A stretch of DNA of 64,000 bases from the NCBI GenBank assembly GCA_963682005.1, contig OY820914.1:4505706-4569705 (forward strand). The letters run 5' to 3'. The stretch comes from Bacteroidales bacterium (GTDB taxonomy: Bacteria > Bacteroidota > Bacteroidia > Bacteroidales > FEN-979). Numbering within the stretch: position 1 is the stretch's first letter; each line of letters starts with the position of its first letter. Positions 1 to 8,912 of this stretch are shown here, one piece after another. A model generated the notes under the pieces. That model worked only from the letters and a program-made list of their open reading frames with translations, was not told the DNA's origin and searched no databases. Made by a program: the position numbers and the translations under genes.

Positions 1-151
1 TCATCAATTCGTTAAACCCTGCGCCGGAAAAGTACTTAAAGTTAAACAGGAAAAACATGATCCTGGAAAGGAACATGAGCAGGATCACTACGAGGATGCG
101 GACAAGCACCACGGTCTGGATATTTCCCTGTAATCCTTTTGACTTTTTCAT
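1..151 (-). CDS. 5' end of a membrane-protein gene running off the left edge (first 50 codons only); function not assignable
   Basis: A minus-strand ATG at 151-149 opens a frame that stays open to position 1: MKKSKGLQGNIQTVVLVRILVVILLMFLSRIMFFLFNFKYFSGAGFNELM. This is a basic N-terminus followed by a hydrophobic helix. It is absent from the ORF track because it is truncated. The + ORF 57..380 overlaps it and looks like a shadow. Confidence 0.45.
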   Translation of the reverse strand, partial: MKKSKGLQGNIQTVVLVRILVVILLMFLSRIMFFLFNFKYFSGAGFNELM

Positions 152-301
152 GGTGCAAAGGTATTTTATTCAACTTTCTTTATCAAGATATATATTTTTT
201 GTGCCTGGTTCAATAAATATCCTTCACAGGCACCTTCACGAAAAAATGCGTTCTGACGAAAACGATTTCATTCTGTTTTCACCAAGTTCCCGGGATTTTT
301 A

Positions 302-309
302 TAAATTTG
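302..309 (+). promoter_or_regulatory. Bacteroidota-type -7 promoter box (TAnnTTTG) for the citrate lyase operon
   Basis: TAAATTTG at 302-309, 22 nt upstream of the ATG at 331. Confidence 0.4.
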
Positions 310-330
310 ACCCATTAAAACAGATTGACG

Positions 331-1545
331 ATGGGAGAACTAATTACAACCGGCAACAAAGGGAAAACGGTACGTTCTGATTGTTTCATCACCCTGGAAC
401 TTAAGGATTCCGGTGGGCTTGAGATACTGGTCGAGAGTAAAGTAGCCGTGATGTATGGAAATGCAATCAGAAACCTGGCGAAAGAGATCCTTGATTTTTT
501 CACCATCAGGAATGCATCGCTCAGGATCGAAGATTCAGGTGCATTGCCTCTTGTCATGGCAGCACGCATCGAAGCCGCCATCAGGAAGCTCAGTCCCTCG
601 GAAAAGGATTTTCTTGTGCCCATAATTAAGGAGAATGAATATTCTACCACAAAGGAAAGGAACAGGTTCTCAAGGCTATATCTTCCGGGAAATACCCCGA
701 GCCTGATGATCAACGCCGGCATTCACAAGCCTGATGGCATCATCCTTGACCTTGAAGATGCTGTTGCCCCGGAAAAGAAGGACGAAGCAAGATACCTGGT
801 CAGGAATGCTCTTCTTGGTATTGATTTCTATGGTGCAGAACGTATGGTCAGGATAAACCAGGGAGAACGGGGGATCGCAGATCTGGATTTTATCATCCCG
901 TACAATGTCAACCTTGTTCTGCTGCCAAAATGCGAGACTGCTGACCAGATTCACCAGGTTAACCATCGTATTGACGAGATCAGGAAGAAACGGAAGATAA
1001 AGAAGGAGGTGTGGCTGATGCCCATCATTGAAAGTGCCCTTGGTGTGATAAATGCTTACCAGGTAGCCAGTGCGGCTGAGAATATTGTTGCCATGGCAAT
1101 CGGACTGGAAGACTACACGGCCGACCTGGGTACAAAAAGAACTGCAGAAGGCAATGAATCGTTCTTTGCCAGGAGCATGGTGGTTAACGCCGCCAGGGCT
1201 GCCGGCATCCAGCCGATCGATTCAGTGTTCTCCGATGTCGGTGATACAGAAGGCCTGAAACAGAATGTTCTTCGCTCCAAATCGCTCGGATTCGACGGGA
1301 TGGGCTGCATTCACCCAAGACAGATAAGGGTGATCCATGATAATTTCGCCCCATCACACGATGAGACCGAACGGGCGAAAAAGATCGTATCTGCCTTCCA
1401 CAAAGCAACGGAACAGGGACTTGGCGTAGTTTCACTTGGCACAAAAATGATCGATCCTCCGGTCGTTAAAAGAGCACTGAACACCATAAACCTGGCAATA
1501 AAATTGGGAAAATTATCAGAAAACTGGAGGGAAACCTATGAGTAA
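331..1545 (+). CDS. citE: Fusion of citrate lyase acyl carrier protein (CitD, gamma) and citryl-CoA lyase (CitE, beta)
   Basis: The N-terminal ~95 aa (TGNKGKTVRSDCFITLE...IEDSGALPLVMAARIEAAIRK) resemble CitD, including a Ser at the prosthetic-group position. The rest (SRLYLPGNTPSLMINAGIHKPDGIILDLEDAVAPEKKDEAR...) is an HpcH/CitE fold. It overlaps citF by 8 nt. The track starts at TTG 325; ATG 331 is equally possible. Confidence 0.8.
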   Translation: MGELITTGNKGKTVRSDCFITLELKDSGGLEILVESKVAVMYGNAIRNLAKEILDFFTIRNASLRIEDSGALPLVMAARIEAAIRKLSPSEKDFLVPIIKENEYSTTKERNRFSRLYLPGNTPSLMINAGIHKPDGIILDLEDAVAPEKKDEARYLVRNALLGIDFYGAERMVRINQGERGIADLDFIIPYNVNLVLLPKCETADQIHQVNHRIDEIRKKRKIKKEVWLMPIIESALGVINAYQVASAAENIVAMAIGLEDYTADLGTKRTAEGNESFFARSMVVNAARAAGIQPIDSVFSDVGDTEGLKQNVLRSKSLGFDGMGCIHPRQIRVIHDNFAPSHDETERAKKIVSAFHKATEQGLGVVSLGTKMIDPPVVKRALNTINLAIKLGKLSENWRETYE

Positions 1546-3100
1546 ATATGACAAACTGGTTACCAATGCGATCGGACGCATCGTTCCGACGGTCATAAAC
1601 GGGGAACCTGCCATTCCATACATGGGTGTTGGCAAATACAAACCTGCCGGCCGGAAGGCAGCACCGCTGATCCCTTCTTCAGCAGATTATCCTTCTGACG
1701 GGAATAAAGTAGTTTCAGGTCTGAAGGAAGCGTTGGCTAAATGTGGCCTCAGGGATGGGATGACCATTTCCACGCATCATCATTTCAGGAACGGTGACCT
1801 TGTTGCCAACCAGATATTTGATGCAGCACATGAACTGGGTGCAAAAGACCTGATGTGGCTGCCTTCTGCATCTTTCCCCTGTCATGAACCCCTGATCAGA
1901 TATCTTGAGGATGGCACGATCCATCACATTGAAGGAAGTATGAACGGCCCCCTGGGAAAATTTACATCACAGGGAAAAATGAAAGGCCTTGGTGTTCTTC
2001 GCTCCCATGGCGGCCGCTACCAGGCCATCCAGGACGGAGAGGTTCATGTTGACATTGCAGTCATCGCTGCACCTACTGCTGATCCTTTCGGCAATGCGAA
2101 TGGCGTGAATGGTCCCGCTGCATGCGGTGCACTTGGTTTTGCATTAGCTGACTCTCAGTATGCCGACCGGGTTATCATTGTCACGGACAACCTGATTCCC
2201 TTCCCTTGCCTCCCATGGCAGATCAATGGAAATTATGTTGATTTCGTGGTTGTGCTTGATCAGATCGGCATCCCGGAAAGGATCGTCAGCGGTACAACTG
2301 AAGTGACCAAAAGTCCCGACAGGCTTTTGCTTGCTGAATGGACCGCACAGTTCTGTGATGAAGTCGGGATTATCCGCGACGGCTTTTCGTTCCAGGCAGG
2401 TGCCGGGGGAACAGCTTTGTCCATAGGCATCTATTTCTCCGAGATCCTGCGCCAGCGTGGGTGGAAAGCACGTTTTGCCCGCGGAGGCAGCAACAAGTAC
2501 CTCGTTCAGATGCTTGAAGAAGGCCTTACGGAATTTATCCTCGACGGTCAGACTTTTGATCTCGAAGGGGTGAGATCGATGCGCGACAACCCCCGTCATG
2601 TCAATACGACGCCATTCACAAGCTATAATTATCATGGCAAAGGGAACTTTGCTTCATTGCTGGATGTCGTGATCCTTGGAGCAACCGAGGTTGATATAAA
2701 TTTCAATGCCAATGTTGTCACACATTCCGACGGATACCTGTTGCACGGTATCGGAGGGTGGCAGAATTGCCTGTTCTCGAAATGCACGATCCTGCCCATC
2801 CCGCTCTTTCGCGACCGGATCCCGGTGATCCTCGACGAGGTGACAACAATCTGTGGCCCGGGCGAACTGATCGATGTGATCGTTACTGAAAGAGGGATCG
2901 CAATAAATCCCCTCAGGACAGATCTTATTGAGAAACTTAAAAACTCATCCCTGCCCATCAAAACAATCGGGGAACTGAAGGCTGAAGCGGAGAAGATCTG
3001 CGGCAAGCCTGAAAAACCTAAATTCAGCGATGAGATCGTGGCCGTGATCAAGTGGGTAGATGGCACTGTCATAGACTCAGTCAGGAAAGTGATTCCGTAA
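1538..3100 (+). CDS. citF: Citrate lyase alpha subunit (citrate CoA-transferase)
   Basis: 520 aa, the typical CitF length. It carries an HHHFRNGD-type motif and is translationally coupled to the CitD-CitE ORF. Confidence 0.8.
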   Translation: MSKYDKLVTNAIGRIVPTVINGEPAIPYMGVGKYKPAGRKAAPLIPSSADYPSDGNKVVSGLKEALAKCGLRDGMTISTHHHFRNGDLVANQIFDAAHELGAKDLMWLPSASFPCHEPLIRYLEDGTIHHIEGSMNGPLGKFTSQGKMKGLGVLRSHGGRYQAIQDGEVHVDIAVIAAPTADPFGNANGVNGPAACGALGFALADSQYADRVIIVTDNLIPFPCLPWQINGNYVDFVVVLDQIGIPERIVSGTTEVTKSPDRLLLAEWTAQFCDEVGIIRDGFSFQAGAGGTALSIGIYFSEILRQRGWKARFARGGSNKYLVQMLEEGLTEFILDGQTFDLEGVRSMRDNPRHVNTTPFTSYNYHGKGNFASLLDVVILGATEVDINFNANVVTHSDGYLLHGIGGWQNCLFSKCTILPIPLFRDRIPVILDEVTTICGPGELIDVIVTERGIAINPLRTDLIEKLKNSSLPIKTIGELKAEAEKICGKPEKPKFSDEIVAVIKWVDGTVIDSVRKVIP

Positions 3101-3110
3101 TCCAGATATA

Positions 3111-5012
3111 TTGACAAACCAGCAAATCCTGCTGAAATACTGGGGCTATCCTTCATTCCGTCCACTGCAGGAAGAGATCATTCAATCAGTGCTCGATGGC
3201 AGGGATACGCTTGCGCTACTGCCGACCGGAGGCGGAAAATCGATTACATTCCAGGTCCCGGCCATGGCCATGGAAGGGTTGTGCCTTGTCATATCCCCGC
3301 TTATCGCCCTGATGAAAGACCAGGTAGATCATTTGAAAAAAAGAAATATCCCTGCTGCGGCAATCTATTCGGGGATGCATCCCCATGAGATCGATATCAT
3401 CCTGAACAATGCAAGACTCGGAGAGTATAAACTCTTGTATATTTCCCCGGAAAGACTTGCAACGGAGAAAATGAAGGATGCTGTCAGGCGCATTAAGATC
3501 AACCTGCTTGCCGTGGATGAAGCGCATTGCATCAGCCAGTGGGGTTATGATTTCCGTCCGCCTTACCTGAAGATCGCAGAGATCCGTCCGTTCTTACCGG
3601 GGGTTCCGGTGTTGGCCCTTACGGCAACTGCAACGTCTGAAGTGATCGGGGATATCCAGGAAAAGTTATTATTCAGTCAGCAAAATGTATTCAAAAAAAG
3701 TTTTGAACGAAAGAACCTGACTTATTATGTTTTCAGGGAAGAGGATAAAAACCGGAGGATCGAAAAGATCATCCGGACAATAAAAGGTTGCGGGATCATA
3801 TATGTCAGGAACCGCAAGCAGACAAAGACAATTGCTGAATCACTCACCAAAAAAGGCTTCAGCGCCGTCTATTACCATGCAGGACTTGATCCGAATGAAC
3901 GCACAAAAAGACAAAATGACTGGATCGGCGAGAAGAAATCCATTATGGTGGCCACCAATGCCTTCGGGATGGGAATTGACAAGCCCAATGTTCGCTTCGT
4001 CATTCACATCGACCTTCCGGAAAGCCTGGAGGCCTATTACCAGGAAGCCGGTCGCGCCGGCCGGGATGATAAACGTTCGTTTGCCGTCCTTCTTTACGAA
4101 AACTCGGACATTCTCGATGCAAGGCACAACCTTACCGTAAACTATCCGACCATGGACCAGATCAAGGCTACATACCATGCCTTGGGTAATTATTACGGAA
4201 TGCCTGTCCAAACAGGTCTTGATCAAAGCATTGAATTCGATCTCGTTAAATTTTCTGAACACTATAAATTCTCTGCGCAGGTTGTCTTTAATTCCCTGAA
4301 ATTCCTTGAAAAAGAAGGATATATTGTGATGAGTGAGGCAATCCATCAACCTTCCCTGATCTGGTTCAGCACCGATAAAGAATCACTGTATCGCTACCAG
4401 GTTGAGAATGAGAGCATGGACGCTTTTATCAAGGTTCTTCTCCGCTCATATAGCGGTCTTTTCAGCGGATTTGTACCTATCAGTGAAAATGAGATATCCA
4501 GGAGGTCGGGATTGTCACCCCGGGAGGTTGTTGAACTTCTTGTCCGACTCCAGAAAACAGGGATCATAGATTATACGCGGCAAACGGACCTTCCGAAGAT
4601 CACATTTGCATCCCCCCTGGTTGATTCCAGGCACCTGACCTTATCGCCTGAAAATTACCAATACAGGTTAAAAGATGCTGAACGGAGGCTTGAGTCTGTG
4701 ATCAGTTATGCCGAAAGCAGCCATAAATGCCGCAGTCAATCCCTCCTCGCCTATTTCGGAGAATTTGATTCCAAACGTTGCGGTAAATGTGATGTATGCA
4801 TTGAACGGAATAAGATCGAACTTAATGACCTGGAATTCGAAACTATTTTGAGCCAGGTAAAACCTTTTTTAAAAACCTCACCGCTCAGCCTGGCCAGGAT
4901 CCTTGAAATCCCAAGGGATATGCCCGAAGACAAGATCATCAGGGTGGTTCAGTGGCTGGCCGACAGCGGGAAGATCATCCTTGATGACGAAGGGAGATAC
5001 TTTTGGAAATGA
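3111..5012 (+). CDS. recQ: ATP-dependent DNA helicase RecQ
   Basis: YWGYPSFRPLQEEII, LLPTGGGKSITFQVPA (motif I), VDEAHCISQWGYDFRPPY (DEAH box), and a C-terminal Cys cluster (KCRSQ...CGKCDVC). TTG start at 3111. Confidence 0.9.
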   Translation: MTNQQILLKYWGYPSFRPLQEEIIQSVLDGRDTLALLPTGGGKSITFQVPAMAMEGLCLVISPLIALMKDQVDHLKKRNIPAAAIYSGMHPHEIDIILNNARLGEYKLLYISPERLATEKMKDAVRRIKINLLAVDEAHCISQWGYDFRPPYLKIAEIRPFLPGVPVLALTATATSEVIGDIQEKLLFSQQNVFKKSFERKNLTYYVFREEDKNRRIEKIIRTIKGCGIIYVRNRKQTKTIAESLTKKGFSAVYYHAGLDPNERTKRQNDWIGEKKSIMVATNAFGMGIDKPNVRFVIHIDLPESLEAYYQEAGRAGRDDKRSFAVLLYENSDILDARHNLTVNYPTMDQIKATYHALGNYYGMPVQTGLDQSIEFDLVKFSEHYKFSAQVVFNSLKFLEKEGYIVMSEAIHQPSLIWFSTDKESLYRYQVENESMDAFIKVLLRSYSGLFSGFVPISENEISRRSGLSPREVVELLVRLQKTGIIDYTRQTDLPKITFASPLVDSRHLTLSPENYQYRLKDAERRLESVISYAESSHKCRSQSLLAYFGEFDSKRCGKCDVCIERNKIELNDLEFETILSQVKPFLKTSPLSLARILEIPRDMPEDKIIRVVQWLADSGKIILDDEGRYFWK

Positions 5013-5023
5013 ACAGCTAAACT

Positions 5024-5830
5024 ATGAGCAAACTAAACCAGTTCCTGATTTATGATGAATTGCCCGTCTGGTCGGCACCTTTCGGATTGACGCTTCTTGA
5101 CACCATCCGGCTGAACCATGGGATGAACATCCTCGACATAGGCAGCGGAAGCGGGTTCCCGATGCTGGAGATCGCTGAAAGGGCCGGGCTGTCGTGCAAC
5201 ATCATCGGCATCGATCCCTCGGATGATTCCTTTTCCATGATCAACCGGAAGATCCGGCTGAAAAAGATCACCAATGCCCGGATCGTACAGGGATTAGCTG
5301 AAGAACTTCCCTTTGATGACGGGATCTTCGACCTTGTTGTCGCCAATAACGGGCTGAATAATGTGGCCGACCAGGAGAAATCCCTGCTGGAATGTTTCCG
5401 GGTTTCAGGGAATGGTGCACAACTGGTATTTACTGTAAACCTGCCTGGCACCATGATTGAATTTTATGAGATCTTTGAACAGGTTCTGTCAGAATTAGGG
5501 ATGGACAAAGAAATTGGTGCAATGAAAGATCATATCGTCCAGAAAAGGAAAACGGTGGAATACCTGAAACAATTGATCCTTAAGACAGGATTTACAATTC
5601 AAACGATCAATGTTGACGGGTTCAAAATGAGGTATCTTGACGGGTCGGCTTTCCTCAATCACTATTTCATCCGTACCGCCTTTCTCCCCTCATGGAAGAA
5701 AATCATTCCGGGGAAATCGCAAAAGAAAGTTTTTACCATCCTGGAAAAAAAGTTGAATGAAACTGCCCAAAAAGATGGGATTCTTACGATGTCTGTTCCT
5801 TTTGTTTGCTTCGACTGCCATAAACCCTGA
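5024..5830 (+). CDS. Class I SAM-dependent methyltransferase
   Basis: ILDIGSGSGFPMLEIA (motif I) and DLVVANNGLNNV. The substrate is unknown. Confidence 0.7.
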   Translation: MSKLNQFLIYDELPVWSAPFGLTLLDTIRLNHGMNILDIGSGSGFPMLEIAERAGLSCNIIGIDPSDDSFSMINRKIRLKKITNARIVQGLAEELPFDDGIFDLVVANNGLNNVADQEKSLLECFRVSGNGAQLVFTVNLPGTMIEFYEIFEQVLSELGMDKEIGAMKDHIVQKRKTVEYLKQLILKTGFTIQTINVDGFKMRYLDGSAFLNHYFIRTAFLPSWKKIIPGKSQKKVFTILEKKLNETAQKDGILTMSVPFVCFDCHKP

Positions 5831-5840
5831 CATGAAGGCA

Positions 5841-5875
5841 TAATTCGTAATTTGTAATTCGTAATTCGTAATTAT
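5841..5875. repeat. Heptanucleotide tandem repeat, about 5 units of TAATTCG (= GTAATTC register)
   Basis: The sequence taattcg taatttg taattcg taattcg taattat fills the gap between the methyltransferase stop (5830) and the mpg start (5877). Confidence 0.9.
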
Positions 5876-5876
5876 C

Positions 5877-6476
5877 ATGCCGGTTCTTCCCCGCGAATTT
5901 TACCTCCGTTCCGATGTTATTCTTATTTCAAAGGAACTCCTGGGTAAGTATCTTGTAACACAGTTTGACAGGGAGCTCACATCCGGGCTGATCATTGAAA
6001 CGGAAGCATATGAAGGCGTTTCTGACCGGGCTTCCCATGCCTTTGGTAACAGGAAGACCCGCCGGACCGAAATAATGTACAGGATCGGAGGTACTGCTTA
6101 TGTTTACCTCTGCTATGGAATGCACTCACTTTTCAATGTAGTAACCAATATTGAGGGAATTCCTCATGCCATCCTCATCCGCGGGATCATTCCCGTTGAT
6201 GGAACAGAGATTATGCTCGAAAGAACAGGGAAAAGCAGCCTCGGGAAGAATTTCGGAATTGGTCCGGGCAAGGTGACAAAAGCCCTGGGAATACATTATT
6301 CAAACACGGGGTCTGACCTGACATTTAAACCTTTCAGAAGAAACCGGAACGGGATCTGGATCGAAGAGAGGGGATTCCTTGTTGACCAGGAAAAAATCCA
6401 AATAACACCCAGGATTGGCGTTGCGTATTCCGGCGAGGATGCATTGCGGCCAAACAGGTTTCTCCTGAAGACATAA
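5877..6476 (+). CDS. mpg: DNA-3-methyladenine glycosylase (MPG/AAG family)
   Basis: LLGKYLV...ETEAYEGVSDRASHAFGNRKTRRTEIMY..GGTAYVYLCYGMHSLFNVV. Length 199 aa. Confidence 0.8.
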   Translation: MPVLPREFYLRSDVILISKELLGKYLVTQFDRELTSGLIIETEAYEGVSDRASHAFGNRKTRRTEIMYRIGGTAYVYLCYGMHSLFNVVTNIEGIPHAILIRGIIPVDGTEIMLERTGKSSLGKNFGIGPGKVTKALGIHYSNTGSDLTFKPFRRNRNGIWIEERGFLVDQEKIQITPRIGVAYSGEDALRPNRFLLKT

Positions 6477-6505
6477 AAAAATCCCGCTTTTGACGGGATT
6501 TTTTG
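6475..6505. terminator. Bidirectional rho-independent terminator between convergent mpg and hup
   Basis: AAAAAATCCCG-cttttga-CGGGATTTTTT. The stem is flanked by an A-run and a T-run. Confidence 0.75.
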
Positions 6506-6522
6506 TAGTGGATTAAGTTGTC

Positions 6523-6795
6523 TTACTTGACTTTCTTGGCTAATGCAGCACCTGCCTTGAACTTTACAACTTTTTTTGCAGGGATCTTGATTTCTTTACC
6601 ATTCTGAGGATTTCTTCCTTTTCTTGCAGCTCTCTTGGAAACTGAGAATGAACCGAAATCAACTAAAGCAACTCTTTCGCCTTTTGCAAGGGCTTTGGAA
6701 GTATTGATGATTACAGCTTCTAAAGCTTTCTTGGCATCAGCCTTGGTGAGTTTTGCATCTGATGCAATAGCATCAATTAACTGTGCTTTGTTCAT
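6523..6795 (-). CDS. hup: HU family DNA-binding protein
   Basis: MNKAQLIDAIA...GERVALVDFGSFSVSKRAARKGRNPQNGKEIKIPAKKVVKFKAG. Length 90 aa. Confidence 0.9.
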   Translation of the reverse strand: MNKAQLIDAIASDAKLTKADAKKALEAVIINTSKALAKGERVALVDFGSFSVSKRAARKGRNPQNGKEIKIPAKKVVKFKAGAALAKKVK

Positions 6796-6835
6796 TTTGC
6801 TTAATTTTTAAGTTAATACTTAATTAAAAACCCTG

Positions 6836-6843
6836 CAAATATA
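6836..6843 (-). promoter_or_regulatory. -7 promoter box for hup
   Basis: Minus-strand TATATTTG (plus strand caaatata), 41 nt upstream of the hup ATG. Confidence 0.4.
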
Positions 6844-6954
6844 AGTCATCCACAAAAAAAGTCAAGAGTTTTCTGCTGAAAACTATTGAAAATGTTAATA
6901 AATCGGGTTTTTTGTTAATAACTCAAAACCTGAAAGGGCTGTTTACGTAGGTTT

Positions 6955-7911
6955 TTAGACGAAAACTTTCCCAAACCCCCTTAAAAAATCACCTATTCCC
7001 AACATTTTTTTTCCGGGAATCTGGATTTCAGTCAGGAAAACATATCCATTCAAGCCTGCAACCTTCAGGAAACTCTTGCCATCCGTGATGTATTGACCGG
7101 GGGTTACCGACGGGACCGCAATTTCAGGAAAGGCATTATATACTTTTAAATATTGCATATTCCCGGAAGGGACAAGGAGTTCTGTAAAAGCACCCGGGTA
7201 CGGACTTAATCCCCTGATCCGGTTGTGGATTTTTTGAACCTCATCTGCCCAGTCAATCCTGCAATCTTCCTTATGGATTTTCGGAGCATGTTTCAGGGAT
7301 TCCGGGGAACCTGTGAGTTGCTCCTGGCTAATCCTTCTCACAGTAGCATTTTCGATGACATCTGCTGTTTTTACAACAAGCCTGGCACCCATCTCCATTA
7401 GCCGGTCATGAAGATCGCCTGCTGTATCCCGGGGACTGATGAATGTCTTTTCGCTGAAAATAATGTGACCTGTATCAATATTGTCATCCAGGAAAAATGT
7501 CGTAACACCGGTTTCAATTTCTCCGTTAATGATCGCCCAGTTGATCGGGGCGGCTCCACGGTACTGAGGCAAGAGGGAGGCATGCATGTTGAAGGTGCCC
7601 AGGGGCGGCAATGACCAGACCTCTTTTGGCAGCAACCTGAAAGCAACGATAACCTGGAGATCTGGCTCCATGGACCTTACTGCATTTAAAAATTGCTCAT
7701 CCTTCAGTTTTACAGGTTGCAGAACAGGTATGTTGTGCTTCAGAGCATACTCTTTAACAGGAGAACCTTTTAACTGAAGGCCTCTCCCCGAAGGCTTGTC
7801 GGGGGCTGTTACCACAGCAGCCACATGATAGCCTGCCTGCACCAGTCCATCCAGGGAAGAAACTGCGATCCCGGGAGTCCCGTAAAAAACGATCTTAAGC
7901 CGATGCTCCAT
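6955..7911 (-). CDS. fmt: Methionyl-tRNA formyltransferase
   Basis: KIVFYGTPGIAVSSL, VVTAPDKPSGRG, NMHASLLPQYRGAAPINWAIING. Length 318 aa. Confidence 0.9.
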   Translation of the reverse strand: MEHRLKIVFYGTPGIAVSSLDGLVQAGYHVAAVVTAPDKPSGRGLQLKGSPVKEYALKHNIPVLQPVKLKDEQFLNAVRSMEPDLQVIVAFRLLPKEVWSLPPLGTFNMHASLLPQYRGAAPINWAIINGEIETGVTTFFLDDNIDTGHIIFSEKTFISPRDTAGDLHDRLMEMGARLVVKTADVIENATVRRISQEQLTGSPESLKHAPKIHKEDCRIDWADEVQKIHNRIRGLSPYPGAFTELLVPSGNMQYLKVYNAFPEIAVPSVTPGQYITDGKSFLKVAGLNGYVFLTEIQIPGKKMLGIGDFLRGFGKVFV

Positions 7912-8028
7912 ATTTTCGGTAAAACGTAATACCTGTCACAATTGAGCTACTGTAGAAAGGAGATCGCGTAAAGCATGAACTTCCGACTAACGATTTTCCT
8001 TTCATTTCATTCCAGAAGATTGAGTCTC

Positions 8029-8057
8029 AAAAAAAAATGCCTGAAAAATCAGGCATT
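8029..8057 (-). terminator. Rho-independent terminator downstream of the TPR membrane-protein gene
   Basis: Minus strand: AATGCCTGA-tttt-TCAGGCATT followed by a T-run (the plus-strand A-run at 8029-8037). Confidence 0.7.
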
Positions 8058-8090
8058 AAAGTTATGAAATATGTTCTGTAAAGAAGAGTC

Positions 8091-8111
8091 GTAATTCGTA
8101 ATTCGTAATTA
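8091..8111. repeat. Heptanucleotide tandem repeat, 3 units of GTAATTC (same unit as at 5841-5875)
   Basis: The sequence gtaattc gtaattc gtaatta overlaps the stop codon of the minus-strand gene 8109..8822. Confidence 0.85.
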
Positions 8112-8822
8112 CTTTTTAGCCAAACCTTGTGCTCTTCCTATATACTTTTCGATCTCCCTTCCTTCGTTTGATCTTATATAATCTGATTTTATTCTCTGGT
8201 AAAGTTTCAATGCCTCATCATATTTCCCCAATTCCTCGTAAGTCAATCCAGCTTTCATCAGGAATAACGGAGTGGTGAAATCATTTTTCTTGTCTTCGGC
8301 TGCTTTCAGATAATACTCGAGCGCTTTCTGGGTATCCTTTAACTCCATGTATGCATCGCCGATAGCACCTTTTGCCATGGTACTTACCATTTCATCCTTG
8401 CTTTTGAATTTCTTCAGGTGTTCAATGGCTTTATCAAATTCACCTTTTTTCAGATAACAGATCCCGGCATAATAATGTGCAAGATCACCCGACTGGGTAA
8501 TTCCGTACTGATCGATGATATCAAGAAAACCTGGATAATTGCCGTCACCGTTCAAAGCCTTGTTCAGGGAGTCACTTTCAAAATACTTTTCGGCCATGAA
8601 CATTTGAGCCTGGGCTTCCTTTTCCTTCGGTCCGAGATAAAAACGTTTGAAACCAAAAAATCCGAGGACAACAACCACGATCACACCAATAACGATCAGG
8701 ATGATCTTCTGATTCCTCTCGATGAATTGTTCGGTTTTACTGAATGCTTCTTCAACAGCGACAATCCTGTCTTCCGTTTTATCTGTCTTTTTTGCCATAG
8801 TATCTTGCTTTTGGGTTTGCAA
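8109..8822 (-). CDS. Single-pass membrane protein with a TPR domain (YfgM-like)
   Basis: A charged N-terminus, one TM helix (IILIVIGVIVVVVLGFFGF), then TPR-like repeats (AHYYAGICYLKKGEFDKAIEHL..., GDAYMELKDTQKALEYYLKA..., AGLTYEELGKYDEALKLYQRI). The start could instead be the internal Met at 8798. Confidence 0.65.
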   Translation of the reverse strand: MQTQKQDTMAKKTDKTEDRIVAVEEAFSKTEQFIERNQKIILIVIGVIVVVVLGFFGFKRFYLGPKEKEAQAQMFMAEKYFESDSLNKALNGDGNYPGFLDIIDQYGITQSGDLAHYYAGICYLKKGEFDKAIEHLKKFKSKDEMVSTMAKGAIGDAYMELKDTQKALEYYLKAAEDKKNDFTTPLFLMKAGLTYEELGKYDEALKLYQRIKSDYIRSNEGREIEKYIGRAQGLAKK

Positions 8823-8867
8823 AAATATTATTTTTCTTGATACAAAGCGTTATGCATTCATTTTTTT

Positions 8868-8875
8868 TACATTTG
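8868..8875 (+). promoter_or_regulatory. -7 promoter box for trmH
   Basis: TACATTTG, 38 nt upstream of the ATG at 8913. Confidence 0.4.
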
Positions 8876-8912
8876 TCGCTCATTTCCAATCTGTAAGAAT
8901 TACCATTTATCA

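Noticed and set aside
315-3165. Long minus-strand ORFs 315..722, 676..966, 2144..2635 and 2632..3165, antisense to citDE and citF.
   Set aside because: They lie entirely inside strongly supported plus-strand genes with clear family motifs, and their translations are low-complexity with no motifs. They are typical antisense shadow ORFs.
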